Shown here: piece by piece, positions 31,681 to 45,337 of the stretch
Layout of the letters: each line of letters starts with the position of its first letter
How positions within the stretch are numbered: the stretch's first letter is position 1
DNA from: the human T2T-CHM13v2.0 reference genome, Homo sapiens
DNA length: 64,000 nucleotides
Reading direction: 5' to 3' (one strand)
Assembly: GCF_009914755.1 (NCBI RefSeq)
Contig: NC_060927.1
Notes under the pieces: generated by a model
What the model saw: the letters and a program-made list of their open reading frames with translations, nothing else
What the model was told of the DNA's origin: nothing
The model's database searches: none
Made by a program: the position numbers and the translations under genes

Positions 31681-32950
31681 TTAGGTTGGTGCAAACATAA
31701 TTGCGGTTTTTGTATTGTTTAAATTTGCTGCTTGATATTGGAATATATTCTTAAATAAATGTAGGTATGTTATACATCATTTTAATGCATATTTCTCACT
31801 TTTTTTCGCTAATGATTTATTACCTGCTGTTTATTTTATAGTTATTTTAGACTATGGAAATGATGTTAGACAAAAAGCAAATCTGAGCAATTTTCTTTTC
31901 AATGTGGGCTGTAAAGCAACGGAGACAACTCACAACATCAGCAATGCATTTGGCCTATGAACTACTAACGAATGTACAGTGCAGTGGTATTCAAGAAGTT
32001 TTGCTAAGAACACGAGAGTCTTGAAGATGAGGAGTATAGTGGCCAGCCATTGGAAGTTGACAGAGACCAGTTGAGAGCAATCAACAAACCTGATCCTTTT
32101 GTAACTAAGTGAGAGGATGCAAAAGAACTCAACATTGATCATTCTATGGTCATTCAATATTTGAGCAAATTAGAAATGTCAAAAAGCTCAATAAGTGGTT
32201 GCATCATGAGCTAAGTAAATTTTTTTTAAAAATTGTTGTTTTGAAGTGTTGTCTTCTCTTATTGTACATAACAATGAACTATTTCTTGTTTGGATTGTGA
32301 TGTGTGACAAAGAGTATATTTTATATGACAACCAGCAATGACCAGCTCAGTGAGTGGACCAAGAAGAAACTCCAAAGCACTTCCCAAAGCCAAGCTTGCA
32401 TCAAGAAAGGTCATGGTCACTGTTTGGTGGTCTGCTGCTGGTCTGATCCACTACAGCTTCCTGAAGCCCGGCAAAATCATTACAGCTGAGAAGTATGCTC
32501 AGCAAAATGTTGAGATACACCAAAAACTGCAATGTCTGTAGCCAGCATTGGTCAACATAAAGGGTGTAATTCTTCTCCACAATAACGCCTGACTGCATGT
32601 CACACAACCAATGCTTCAAAAGTTGAATGAATTGGCCTATGACGTTTTGCCTCATCTGCCATATTCACCTGACCCCTTGCCAACGGACTAACACTTCTTC
32701 AAGCATCTTGGCAACTTTTTGCAGGGAAAATGGTTCCACAACCAACAGGATACAGAAAATGCTTTCCAAGAGTTTGTCAAATTCCAAAGCACAGATTTTT
32801 ATGTTACAGGAATAAACAAATTTATTTCTCATTGGCAAAAATGTCTTTATTGTAGTGGTTCCTATTTTGATTAATAAAGATGTGTTCGAGCCTAGTTATA
32901 GTGACTTAAATTTATGGTCTTAAACCACAATTACTTTTCCACCAACCTAA
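31681..32950 (+). mobile_element. Hsmar1 mariner DNA transposon, full length (1270 bp)
   Basis: TIRs TTAGGTTGGTGCAAACATAATTGCGGTTTT and AAACCACAATTACTTTTCCACCAACCTAA, each flanked by TA. Confidence 0.96.
31854..32874 (+). pseudogene. Inactivated Hsmar1 transposase
   Basis: ATG GAA ATG ATG TTA GAC AAA AAG CAA start; KVMVTVWWSAAGLIHYSFL and PYSPD motifs; multiple stops and frameshifts; ends TATTTTGATTAA. Confidence 0.92.
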
Positions 32951-33470
32951 TATTTTTATTACTTTGTACATCTAGTTAAAAAATAATTATAGTGCAACTA
33001 TGATCAGCAATGTACAAGGTTTCTGTTAAAGTTTGTTCACTGTCTCTCATGTTTGACACACTAAAGAATAAAAACGATATTCTCTTTTTGTCAATAGCTT
33101 TTCTAAATTTATGCTTCTATGAGCTTTTCTACTCTACTAGATAAATTAAGTGAATTTCTACCTCTTTTAGTCTTCAAAATTATAATGTATGCAGTGATCT
33201 GTATAGTTTTCTACATTGTACCAAAATTACTATGATATATACAGAAATACTCTGAAATAGTCATTGTGTTTTTCTTTCCTATAAGCAACCCCTTTCCTTT
33301 TAACATTTTATAATAAGGGTATTATTGTTATTCTGGTTTGGATAATTTTTCTTGTCTGCTGTCCACATTGTAAGGGTTTTAGAACTCTGTATCTTTGCTC
33401 ACTAAATGCTAATGGAAGATCTAGTCATTTTAGTAATCAAAATCATTCCACACACATTCAAAATGCCCTC

Positions 33471-33637
33471 TGTTAGAAGAAAAGCTTTAGACAAGTTAAT
33501 TTTATCAGAGTTTAATTGAGCAAAGATTAATTTGTGTATCCGGGCAGCCCCCAAAACCAGAACAGGTTTAGAGAGACTCCAAGGCTACAACATGGTCAGA
33601 TTAGTATTTATGGACTTAAAAGACAAGTGATGTATAC
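33471..33637 (-). mobile_element. ERV1-class LTR fragment (subfamily uncertain)
   Basis: TG start, TGTTAGAAGAAAAGCTTTAGACAAG..GAGTTTAATTGAGCAAAG; stops abruptly at the next LTR. Confidence 0.65.
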
Positions 33638-33936
33638 GTCAACTGAAAAATGATGAGGTTTATAAATTTGGAAAGGAGAGCTTCATTTCTTATAAAGGGT
33701 TACAGCTTGCAGGGTTGCCATTCTGATAGGCTGGAAAGCATAGCCTCCTTCCAGAAGCCAGAAAGACACTTTGAGGGATAGGCAAAGGGAACAGAAATGT
33801 ATGCAGAATGGTGTGGCCAAATATACATATTCAATAAGCTATAGGAGGAACCATGAATATTTATAAAAGGGGAAACATATGCATGTTCAATTGAGCTTCA
33901 TGCTCCTCCATGGGATCCATGTTCAAAAAATTTTGG
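33638..33936 (-). mobile_element. ERV1-class LTR fragment (MER57-like)
   Basis: GTCAACTGAAAAATGATGAGG..AAATTTGGAAAGGAGAGCT..AAAGGGTTACAGC...CATATTCAATAAGCTATAGGAGG. Confidence 0.65.
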
Positions 33937-35590
33937 TGTTAGAGTTTCAGGATCTTTGGGGTGTCACTACTCTGGCTGGAAACATGTGGCTGGTGGCGTC
34001 TTTGTCCAAATTTTCTTGGGCCCATTGGGCTCATTCTACCCACTCAGCCTGGCAGGTTGTGCACAACTTACACTACTGGCCTGTATCCCATTCCTCTAAG
34101 GGAGACTGCAAATCAGGCATGGAGCAACGAGAAGTGTGGAAACGAGCATGGGGTCTGGCCACTGTGCAGTCAGACATGCTGGCTGCTGCCGTGGGGTGGG
34201 CAGCTATAGGTGCTGGCATGAGTGTCTGCGAGGAGCTGAATCAAGTGCACCACAAGCAGCTTCCCCATCTGTCACAGGGGAATGTGGTGGTGCCTGGAAG
34301 CTTGGGGATGCCAGGAACTGCAGGGCCCTAAGAAGCATGTTTCAACCATTCGTGTTATAGCTCTTTTAGCCCTGCCATTTGACAGGTCCCAAGTTCTTGT
34401 CCTCTGACCAGGAAGAATGCGACCCACAGACAATCGGAAGGTGAGCAAGACAAAGAGGAGCTTTACTGAGCAATAGAACAGCTCAGAGGAGACCCACAGT
34501 GGGTAGCTCCAATAGCTTCTTTCTGCAGCCAGGGTGTCCCATTGAGTGTTCAGCTCCTAGCAGAGAGGAGGCCCTGGAGTGTGTTGCTCCTCTTTGCAGG
34601 CAGGTCATCCCATCATCTTACCAGCTCTCAGCAGAAAGGAGGCCCTGGAGTGGGTAGCTCCTCTCTACAGGCAGGTCATCCTGATGTCTCTGCAGCTCTC
34701 AGAAGAGAGGAGGCCCTTGAATGGGTTGCCCTTCTCTGCAGGCAGGTTGTCCCATCGTCTTCCCAGCTGTCAGCAGAGAGGAGGCTCTGGAGTGGGTACC
34801 TGTTCTCTGCAGCTAGTCATCCCAATGTCTGCTCTGCTCTGGCTGAGCCCAGGGCTTTTATGGGCCTTGGAAGGAGGAAGTGTGTGCTGATTGGTCCATG
34901 TGCAGCCATGGGCAGGCTGGAAAAGACACCACAAATTCCGACATTGGTCTGTGGGACTGGCAGCCTGACCCCCAGCTTTCAGGCCCTTCCTGGCCTGAAG
35001 GTGGGGCCTTAGCTGGAATCTGCTGCCTTCCACCCAGGAGCTGATCTGCCTCTTGCCACTATCCATGGTGCCCAGGCTGATCACACCAAGGGGTACCTGG
35101 AGGCCAGCACTGAGCTGCCCTCAGTCCCCTTTTGGCTTCCCTTGCACCGGGCTGTGGGCACCCAAAGTCTGGAGGGGACCAAGGTGGCAGGGGACTGGTG
35201 TTTCTGCACTGCCCCAAGCATATGCCCCCCCCAGCTGGACTGCAACAATGCTCAGCTTTGGCCCCACATTGATCTCAGGTCAGAGTGGGTGCTAACAGCA
35301 GGGAGAAGTCAGGTAGTGGTATCAGGCACTTCCAAGCCTGCAAGGGTAGAGGGGAGACTTCCTGAGACCCCCAAGAGCACATGGAGGCCCAGGTCCACAA
35401 CCTTGACTTGGGCAGTTGCAGCTGTGCCCAGCTCCCTCTAGTTCCATGGAGCATGCAGCCCTGACTGCACCCCCTTGCTGCCTGGGACAGGGGCTCCAGG
35501 TACTTGCTAGGCCTAAGATGGCATGTGGAGCAGGGTTGACATCGCTATGATCTCCCCCATTTGCCCCAGTGCTCAGAGGCAGCCCGGAGT
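33937..35590 (-). mobile_element. MER52-like long GC-rich ERV1 LTR
   Basis: CAGGATCTTTGGGGTGTCAC..., GGTCCCAAGTTCTTGTCC..ACCAGGAAGAATG..GGTGAGCAAGAC, internal about 70-bp tandem units. Confidence 0.8.
34480..34850. repeat. Imperfect about 70-bp tandem array inside the MER52-like LTR (4-5 units)
   Basis: Repeated CAGCTCTCAGCAGAGAGGAGGCCCTGGAGTGGGTAGCTCCTCTCTGCAGGCAGGTCATCCC-like unit. Confidence 0.85.
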
Positions 35591-35714
35591 AGAGTGGATT
35601 GCCCCTAAAGACAGTAGATTAGGACCTGGAGAAACAGCTAACCCAGAGTGGCCCTTGGAATGAAAAGAGCCAGTATTGACAAGGACACTGGGCCCCAGGA
35701 TTCTGGAACAGCAT

Positions 35715-36376
35715 TGTAACTGCCCAATGGGTTCACCTTGCTCTCTGCTTAGGTAGAGCCGATTTATCAAGACAGGAAAATTGAAATCGAGAAAGAGTAA
35801 TTTGCACAGAGCTGGCTGTGTGGGAAACCAGAGTTTTATTAGTACTCAAATCAGTCACCCTGAGCATTTGGGGATCAGAGTTTTTAAGGTCAACTTGGTG
35901 GGCCAGTGAGCCGGGAGTGCTGATTGGTCAGGTCAGAGGTGAAATCATAGGGAATTGAAGCTGTCTTCTTGTGTTGAGTCAGTTCCTGGGCGGGGCCCAG
36001 AAGATCAGATGAGCCAGTTTCTTGATCTGGGTGGTGCCAGCTGATCCATCAAGTACAGGGTCCACAAAAAGTCTCAAGCACTGATCTTAGGACCAATTTA
36101 GGGAGGGTCAGAATCTTGTAGGCTCCAGCTGTGTGACTCCTAAACCATAATTTCTAATCTTGTGGCTAATTTGTTAGTCCTACAAAGGCAGTCTAGTTCC
36201 CAGGCAAGAAGGAGTTTGTTTTGGGAAAGGGCTGTTAAACTATAAACTATAAATCAAGTTCCTCCCAAAGTTAGTTCAGCCTACACCTAGGAATGAATAA
36301 GAACAGCTTGGAGGCTAGAAGCAAGATGGAGTTGGTTAGGTCATATCTCAGTTACAATTTTGCAGTGGCAGTTTTA
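35715..36376 (-). mobile_element. LTR8-like ERV1 solo LTR
   Basis: TGTAACTGCCCAATGGGTTCACCTTGC...AGAGCCGATTTATCAAGACAGG; 4-bp TSD GCAT at 35711-35714 and 36377-36380. Confidence 0.9.
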
Positions 36377-37161
36377 GCATTCCTGAGCACATATCAGCAG
36401 ATTATCTTTTCCTGTTAGAGCGAACATACCCATAGCCTCTGCTGAGAAGACACATGTGGTGTTCTTTCTTCTGACTGAGGTAGGACATCTATCAATGCCT
36501 CCCTTTACAGCTCACGGAGCTCTTTCAACCAGTGCTCTGTCTACCTATGTCCCTAGAACAGCTAAACTCTGTGACCTATGTGGCAACCACGCTCCCTGTC
36601 AACTACCCCAAACACACATAAGTATGTCTGAAACAGTGACTGGGGTTCTTATCATCAGGAAGGATGAGGGTAGTGTAATAAACAATACTTGTCCCAGGAA
36701 AGTAATGGACACAGGTAAAAGCCTTTCAATTATGTAGGCATAATATGTCTTTCACAGGCCCCCGTTTTGAGTTTTTGTGTAACTCAGAGCAATGTCTACA
36801 GTAGAAGACTTAAATGACTGTTAAATGAATATATAACATAATTAATGCATGGACTAATAAGAGCCAATAACATAAAAAAGAAGAGTCATCCATTTGACAA
36901 TGGACATACGTCTATATCTATCAAGAAAAAAAAGATACAGCTCCATATTTTGTTAATCTTGCCATTTTGATTGTTTTTCTTATAAGAAACCCTTAGATAA
37001 AATAGAAAGGGGAAAATGCCTTGATTTTTAAATTATAGATTTCACAAACAAGAGAGATCATTAAAATCAATCTCTTCTTTGCTCTTTCATTCAATAGTTC
37101 TTTTTTTTTCTTACTTCTGGTACCCAAGCATATAAACACTTGCTTGTACCATTCAATATAT

Positions 37162-37477
37162 TTCTTTCTTTCTTTCTTTCTTTCTTTCTTTTTTTTTGAG
37201 ATGGAGTCTCACTCTGTCATGCAGGCTGGAGTTCAGTGGTGCTATCTCAGCTCACTGCAACCTTCACCTCCCGGGGTTCAAGCAAGTCTTCTGCCTCAGC
37301 CTCCCTAGTAGCTGGGACTACAGGCCATGCCACCACACCCGGCTAATTTTGTATTTGTTAGTAGAGATGGGGTCTCACCATATTGGCCAGGCTGGTCTTG
37401 AACTCCTGACCTTGTGATCTGCCCTCCTCGGCCCCCCAAAGTGCTAGGATTACAGGCGTGAGCCACCGCGCCCGGCA
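37162..37477 (-). mobile_element. AluSg-like element with (TTTC)n tail
   Basis: GAACTCCTGACCTTGTGATC; TSD ATTCAATATATTTCT at 37151-37165 and 37480-37494. Confidence 0.95.
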
Positions 37478-40400
37478 CTATTCAATATATTTCTATTTTG
37501 TAACAGTAGTTCAGCCAAGGCCTTAGTTAACTTTAATGGAATTTGGAAAGTTAGTTTTCTAAATTTATCAGTTCAACAATACAAAAAAAGCGAAATTTTT
37601 TACAATATATTGTAGCTTCACATTTCTTGCATTCTCCAAATCCATCTATCCATCATGGTTTGTGACTAGTAACTTTAGATCTGTTTTTTGTCTAAAGGTT
37701 TGCAGACTGATCCTGACGTGGCAGTAAGCCTGAACAATGCATACATTATTCAAGTTTTTATTAATTATATGGCAAATTTTGCTTCCAGTTTCTCTCCATG
37801 TAATTTACAATATATTCTTAATTGATACTAAACATATATTTAAATTGCCTTTGCACTTTATGTATAAAATTATAGATAATTTTACTTGATCCTGAAATCT
37901 TATCACTTGGTTCTAATGCTGACCCTCTCAGGGGCCCAGTAGAGTTAGTGGCCAAGAGCTGCAGTACAATACAGTTACTGAAAACGTGACCCTGAACACC
38001 CTTTTACCAATACAATACTTGTCCAGTGATTTCTGTACTAGAAGATCTGTGACTTCAGTTGGTGTGAACATTATTTTACTCTAACGACATGGGTCAATCT
38101 TTATAGAGTATCAACTATCATTTTAGATTATTTCCACTAAGGTAATATTTAATGTTAAACGTAAATTATTAACACTAATTAAGCAGTAAATGTATAGCAC
38201 ATTTTCATGTGTGGAATGATGAAAGTTTATATCCACTTTGCCAGTAAAACAATGTTGGCCTGTGTTTGTGAAATCTTTTCCTTTAGTGTTCAGACACCAT
38301 ACTCTGCTAAAACAGCTTCTACATTTATGGAAGATACTTTTCAGTCAATTTTGTTTCCTATTTATTTTTCTCTTGCTCTTTAAGTCCTCAGAATGCAAGT
38401 ATTTTGTTTCCTCTTTATCACCTATCTCGTCTTGGTAAATAAAAAATAAAAATTGTGGAATCAAATAACACTCTTGTAGCTATCCAAACCTACAACTCCC
38501 TACTCCTTCCTAAGCTGTAGAAAAGTATTTTGAAATGATCATCGGCTAGCTCTATATCCTGAGTCCATCAACAACCTAAATTCACTTTATGCATACCTGA
38601 ACCTCTCTCCTCATAGCAAACTTATATAGTCAGTTCATATGATTAATAAAATTTTTTTATGCAAACTGGAAGCATATGTTTCAGCAATACAACTGAATTA
38701 TATTAAGCCTGTGAGGTATGAAATGTTTAGGTTCTGTGAGCATTCTATGTCCTTTCGCATGCATGCTTTTCTACAATGCTGCTTGCTCTGCATGATCCTA
38801 CATGCCTTGTTCTACTTACTCTATGTTTTACTATATTTGGCTTAAAATAAATGTCTATAACATTTGTGTCACACTGTGATGAAAGTCATTTTTTGATGTC
38901 TTCACATTTTGGTTCATCATAGATCCATTCTCTGATATCCCATATGAATTCCTTTATCATTGTTGGAGAATATAAAAGTCAATTTGCCTTAAAAAAATCT
39001 AAAGAAATTGGAAAATGGGCATAGTGTAAAGAATCACTACCTAATAAAGATAAATATCCTTTGTAAAAACTGCATAGAAGCTTATCATTTTTATCTACTA
39101 AGGCAGCTCAAAGATTATTCTCTCTTTTCAGATCTTATGAAACTGTATAATGCGAATTTAAAAGTATTTGTTACTGCAAGGTGTTAGTTGGTCTTAAGTA
39201 CCACTAATAATATATATTATAGCAAGTTATTCTACCAAGAAATGGTAATTTCATATATATCTTGACTATTTACATTGAAACATATTATTTGCTGATTATA
39301 AAGGAAACCTATTTCCCACGCAGAAAATTGGAAGATATAGAGAGGCGCAAATTAGACCATAATCACATTTTATTACACTATCCTGAAATAAACATTTCTT
39401 AACACTGGGTCTATATCTTTCTAATAATATAATAATTTTATTATAAAATTTTAATAACGTACCTACAATAAAGTAATATCTACATGTTTAAAATGAGACA
39501 AGGTGATATGAGTATGAAAAATAATATTTATTTTGCCCACAATCATATTACATATCATAAAAAAGTACAAAAAAAAGTAAAGAAATCAGTGTAAATACAG
39601 GCACCAAAACCATTTTTTAAAATCCATTTTCATATACTTTGCATTGCTTAACCAACTTTAATTTGGAGATATCTTTTTCATCATCCTCAGAGCAAGCAAA
39701 TGATCCCAGAAAGAGAGAAACACATTCAACAAACAAAACCAAAGCCCAGTGGAATTAGGTTGTTTCTAAAGAAATAATATCCAAGACAAAAAAAAATTAA
39801 TGTCAACAAATAATTTGTTTGTATATCATCATTTTAAACACGGTTATGTTTGAGAAGGCTGCCTACATCTTGCAGATTGGAAAGAACAAGTCACAGTGCC
39901 CTCCAGTAAGGCAAGGGCTTATTTGCAAAGATTTTGTCTGAGAACTGGAAGAATCTGCACAGAAGGATCCTACGTATGGCTGCTCTTCCCAGGATCCAAA
40001 GAGCATTAATAGCTGGGTAAGACTTAGACTTACAGACACAATATTGCAGTTAAGAGCATAGAGGCAGAGAACCCTTAGGATCAGTAATAATCTGAAGTTA
40101 GTTAGAAGAAATGGTGATGGAGGAGTAGGGTAGAGTAACCACGTATTTCTTTGTTGCTTGTTGATAGAGAGAGCTAGAAAGGAGATCAGGTGCCAGACAT
40201 GACAGATTTCTGGGTAGGGCTTTCGTTTTCCAGAAAGAGCAGGGAATTTTAATGGTCAGCAATGACAAAGAAACCAAGAAGAGAAAACATAAACTGTAAA
40301 TCAGGCCAGAATAATGGTCAGAGAAGGTAGTATTTATTTATAGAAGATATTATTCTGGAAGTCAGTATGGTTTGAGGAATGACCATTGAGTTTGGAGTTA

Positions 40401-40769
40401 GATACATCTGAGTTTTAATCCTGACAGTTGGTGAATTTCTGTAATCCTCAAGCTCCTCATGTACAACACAGGATAATTTATGTAGAGTGATTATTGTAGT
40501 TTTCTGAATAATATAATAATACAAAGAAGATTTGCTTCTTTCAATCTTCATTTTCTCTGTCTAAGGGTCTATGAACCAAATATAAGTGCATTATCTCAGG
40601 TTTTTGATTGGGAAAGATTAGGGAAGAGGATAGTTCAATTAAAAAAACCCCAAAACCAGTAGCTGAACCACTGTATTCACATTCTGAAACTGTCATTACC
40701 CTAAGTAATTTTAATGAGGCAACCAGGGCTACTAATTTTGTCATGATTCTTTAAAAAAATCAGAGCAGA

Positions 40770-41103
<334 letters not shown>

Positions 41104-41740
41104 TTATCTGTTGAAAATGTGCATTTGTGAGGAACAGAGTAAGGGCAAAAAACAGCAAAAAAAAGCAAGATCTAAAGGAAATTCATAGGTTTATTTTAGA
41201 ATATGAGGGAATAAAGAGATAATGCACTTTGTATGTCCAGCTTCTTTGTTTAACTGAAAAGGCTGAGAAATGAGATTATTTTTCTAAGGTATAAAATGCA
41301 ACAATAAATATGGAGTTAAAAATTGTATTTGTTGGTTCCTAGTTCAAATATTCAGTGCAATATACAAAGACAACTCCTTAGTTTTCCAAGAAGAAAAAGA
41401 AATTCTGAATTAGTATAAAAATTGTAATTATAGACAATATTATTCTGTGTCGAGATGTGGAGTTTTCATGGAAGTTTTCTAATATTTTTAAGACAAGTTT
41501 TAAGGGAGGATAAACTTCAAATAATATTAATGGATTTAAATATCATTATATAGAAGGAATTAACAATATTTCCTACCACTGTTTATTTTTAAAATAGCAT
41601 ATTACAATTTTTATTCAGTGTGCTAAATGATTTTTTTTTATTATTTTGAGACTGAGTAACCACATTAAGAAGAATTTATGAAAAAGGAAAAGCAATGATA
41701 CAACTAAGTAGAGTATCTTATTATTAGTTATTATTTACAC

Positions 41741-42114
41741 TGTTATGGGCTGAATGTTTGTATTCCCCCAAAATGCATTTGCTGAAGCAATAACCATCAG
41801 TGTGGTTATATTTGGAGATCAGACCTTTAAAGAGGTAATTAAGTTTAAATTAGGTCATAAATGTGGGGCCCTGATTTTATGGAAATAGCATCCTTATAAG
41901 AGATACCTGAGAGCTTGCCTACTCTCTCCCTCCATGCTCAGAGGAAAGGCCATGTGAGGACAAACTGGTTGTCTGCAAGCCAAGAAGAAAGCCTCCACCA
42001 GAAACCAAACCTTGTCAGACCTTGATCTTGGACTTCCTCGCATCTAGAACTGTAAGAAATAAATTTCAGTTAAGTCTATGGTATTTTGTTACGACAGCCC
42101 ACATTGACTAATAC
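41741..42114 (+). mobile_element. MLT1A/MST-type MaLR solo LTR
   Basis: TGTTATGGGCTGAATGTTTGT..CCCCCAAAAT...TCTAGAACTGTAAGAAATAAATTTC...GACTAATACA. Confidence 0.88.
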
Positions 42115-43429
42115 ACCAAACCAAGACAAAGCAAAAGAGTTGTTTGCTATATACAACTAGAATTACTTCTCATATCCAAAATCAGTTTCTGTCCTTTCTT
42201 AATACTCCAAATTATATCTTGTTGTCCTTCAATTTAATTTGATTAACCCAACTCATTTTTAACTGTATTTTTTCATTTACTGATCCATCCATCCATTCAT
42301 CATTTTACTCCACCTACGATCTCTCCTTTTAGATACAGTAAATTTTAAAAAATACAAATTTTACATCATCAGTTGTTTTAGTAAATTCATTTATGTATTA
42401 ACATCTGTCTACCTGATCAAATCAAAGAAGTTAATTTCCACCTACTTTTCCTTTAGCCCACACTTACTTAAAATCACTTATTTTTAATTTTATGCAAATA
42501 ATATGGCAGAAAATTGAGCATGAGAAAGTAAAATTCCAGATATATTTGTTTTCTCTACCATCAGCTGAAACATTTTATTCACGTTGTCTTTAAGTAAATG
42601 CTACAGTAATATTTTTACAAAAAAGTAAAATTATTTTAATATCTCTACATACTACTAGGATATGTTTTCTTAAATAATAATTACATCATTTTAAATTAGT
42701 ACAGGTTTTTAAAAGAACAAAAGCTATCCAAATCACTATATAAAATTATCCCTAAAATATATAAAGAAAATAATATTTATGGCTAACTAGATATTTAATT
42801 AGGTATGTAAATGAGTGTTAAGCCTAACCTACTAAATTGAGGAAGAATTTAATTTGATTAAATGTATTTTAAGTGTTTTATTTATACTTTTATTGACTCA
42901 TATAGAAAAGTTGTGTGATATTGGCTACTAATATTATGTATATGTGCACTTATTTAAATATTTATGAAACACTTGGTGCATTTACTATGTGCCAGATATT
43001 ATGTGAAATACATGAATGACAAAGTTGAAAATAGTGGATTATAGCCTTGCTCTGATTTTTTACATGTGTCTGTTCTTAACTGGACACTGTGATATTCAAG
43101 AACAGAAAATGAATGCTAACAATTTTTTCATGCAGTCCCTTCAGAATAGTTCCTAATACCTGGCAAATAATTAATAAATAGACAATAACCAAATAGATAA
43201 ATGTATTAATAAATAAAATAATGAATTAATGTCAATTAATGACACTCAACCTATGATAAATGCTATAAATTTGTAGTAAGTTACAATTAACATTGTACAT
43301 AAAGATAATTGAGGAAAGCATGAATAAAGCGGATAAGGAGTGTCATTTTAGAGTTTGAAAGAAACTGTGCTTCAGTCTTATCTGCTTCCCTCGAGTGCAC
43401 ATGTTCTCAGTAAGATTGAACACACCAAC

Positions 43430-44120
43430 TTAGAAGGAGTCAATATTCATTGACCCTTTTCTTCTATTTCCTGGAATTCTCCTTTGTGACTTCTGCTTGC
43501 CCTCCAATCAATTTGTTGGATGCCTGAGAACAATTTTATCTGGGAACTTTAAGAAGGGACTTTAACCTGGTAGCATCCTAGTTCTGACAATGTCCAAAAT
43601 ACTTTTTGCTTTTATCTATTTGATGTTCCTTTTCCCTTCTGATAATAAAGTTTCTCCAATTCTTAATGTATATGGTTTAGGTTAGGTTAGGTACATGCCC
43701 AGACCTGGCCCATCAGAGTCACAGGCCCCCGATATAATGATTAAATCTCTATTAAATCTCTATGTGATCTCTTGAATAATACAATTGTATGTGAGTTTTA
43801 TTTTGAGCTTGTAGAAAAAAAGACACAAACTCTCGAAAGAATTGTTTAACTGTTAGAATATAAGTTTGGTGCTGCCTGTTACCATTTCTACCACTGCCTA
43901 GAAACAGCCTTCTTGAGAATTAGATCAAAGGGTTTGAAAGCAGGGTAGGAGAAGCAGAGCTCAGAGATGTAAAGGAATATTGCCCCAATAATACATGTTA
44001 TGTTTTAGATCCAGCTGTGTTTGAAGCCAGCTTTACTACGGACTTCCTTGTTACATAGGGTAAATAATTTTTTCCTTCTTATTAAAATTGCAGTGCAAGT
44101 TAGAAGCCTGTCCTTCACCA
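43430..44120 (+). mobile_element. Old MLT1J/K/L-type LTR, degenerate
   Basis: CCTGGCCCATCAGAG, TAGATCCAGCTGTGTTTGAAGCCAG..GGACTT. Confidence 0.55.
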
Positions 44121-44167
44121 TTCCTGGGTAAAAACTAATTGATGTGAACCATATGACTCCAAATTTC

Positions 44168-44753
44168 TGTCAGTGAAAAGAGTCAAATTCAGCAAAAAAT
44201 TTGAAGAGATTTATTCTGAGCCAAACACAGACAGAGCCCTCAGGAGATCCTGAAAACAAGTGCCCAAGGTGGTTGGACTAAAACTTGGTTTTATACATTT
44301 TAGGGAGACATAAGACATCAATCAATACATTGGTTCTGTCTAGAAAGACAAGACAACTAGAAGTGGGGGCTTCCAGGTCATAGGTGGATTCAAAGATTTT
44401 TCTGATTGGCAATTTTTTGAAAGAGTTATATCTAAAGACCTGAAATCAATGGAAAGCAATGTCTGGGTTAGGATAAGGGGCTGTGGAGACCAAGGTTTTA
44501 TCATGCAGATGAAGTCTCCAGGCAGCAGGCTTCAGAGAGTATAGACTGTAAGTGTTTCTTATAAGACTTAAAGAGTCTCTTCTACCAGTCTTAAGGTATC
44601 CGTGTTGATGTTAATGATGGTCAGCTGTGAGGCATGACCTCTACTTCTCATCACGGCCTGAACTAGTTTTTCAAATTAATGAAAATGCCCTTGGCTGACA
44701 GGAGGGACCCATTCAGATGACTGGGGGACTTAGAATTTCATTTTTGGTTTACA
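44168..44753 (-). mobile_element. MER4-group ERV1 solo LTR
   Basis: TGTCAGTGAAAAGAGTCAAA..GAAGAGATTTATTCTGAGCCAAA...TTTTTGGTTTACA; 4-bp TSD TTTC at 44164-44167 and 44754-44757. Confidence 0.9.
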
Positions 44754-45306
44754 TTTCCTAATAGAGAATGCATGTGTAAGTTCAAATAGTTGTTTTTATA
44801 GACTGTGCCAATGCAAACATTAATAATGTTATTTCAATGTGAGTTTGGTAAAAAATAATTTATAAAAACTTTAAAATTAGAAATTGAGGAGACAAATTTT
44901 CCATGCTTATGTCTCCATATACAAGCAAGGAAGGAAGTTCACTTATATTTCATTCTATCAAAATATCTACTGTTTATATATATAAACTGTATATATACAT
45001 ATAATCTGTGTGTGTATATATATGTAGTTATGGCACATTGTATGGTGTGAACACAGATTTAAGTCCGGTTATTTATATAAATATTACACATATACACACA
45101 TATATATGGCTCATAACTCTGTTTAAAATGACTTAATTCTTTTACCTTTTCATAATAATAATTAAATTTTACTCATGCCATATACTAGATATCATAATTT
45201 ATGCCAACCTTTTCATAACTCTCAATTTCCAAATGTAATGTTTCTACTTTTAGGGTGTTTTGTAGTAATAATAAAGCTAACAACTCACTTCTCTACCCCT
45301 CAGTCA

Positions 45307-45311
<5 letters not shown>

Positions 45312-45337
<26 letters not shown>

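Noticed and set aside
31854-32874. SETMAR exon 3
   Set aside because: Multiple stops and frameshifts, both TIRs present, third catalytic residue D rather than N, and no SET-domain exons nearby.
34480-34850. CRISPR-like repeat array
   Set aside because: Contiguous diverged tandem units with no unique spacers, inside a primate LTR.
33879-35441. Long overlapping ORFs of up to 156 aa
   Set aside because: They lie in the GC-rich MER52-like LTR and its tandem array, where stop codons are rare; no protein family resemblance.
39105-39190. Strong-looking splice acceptors (TTCTCTCTTTTCAG at about 39132; similar at about 9829, 19298 and 61332)
   Set aside because: No convincing paired donor or coding frame; such motifs are common in AT-rich DNA.
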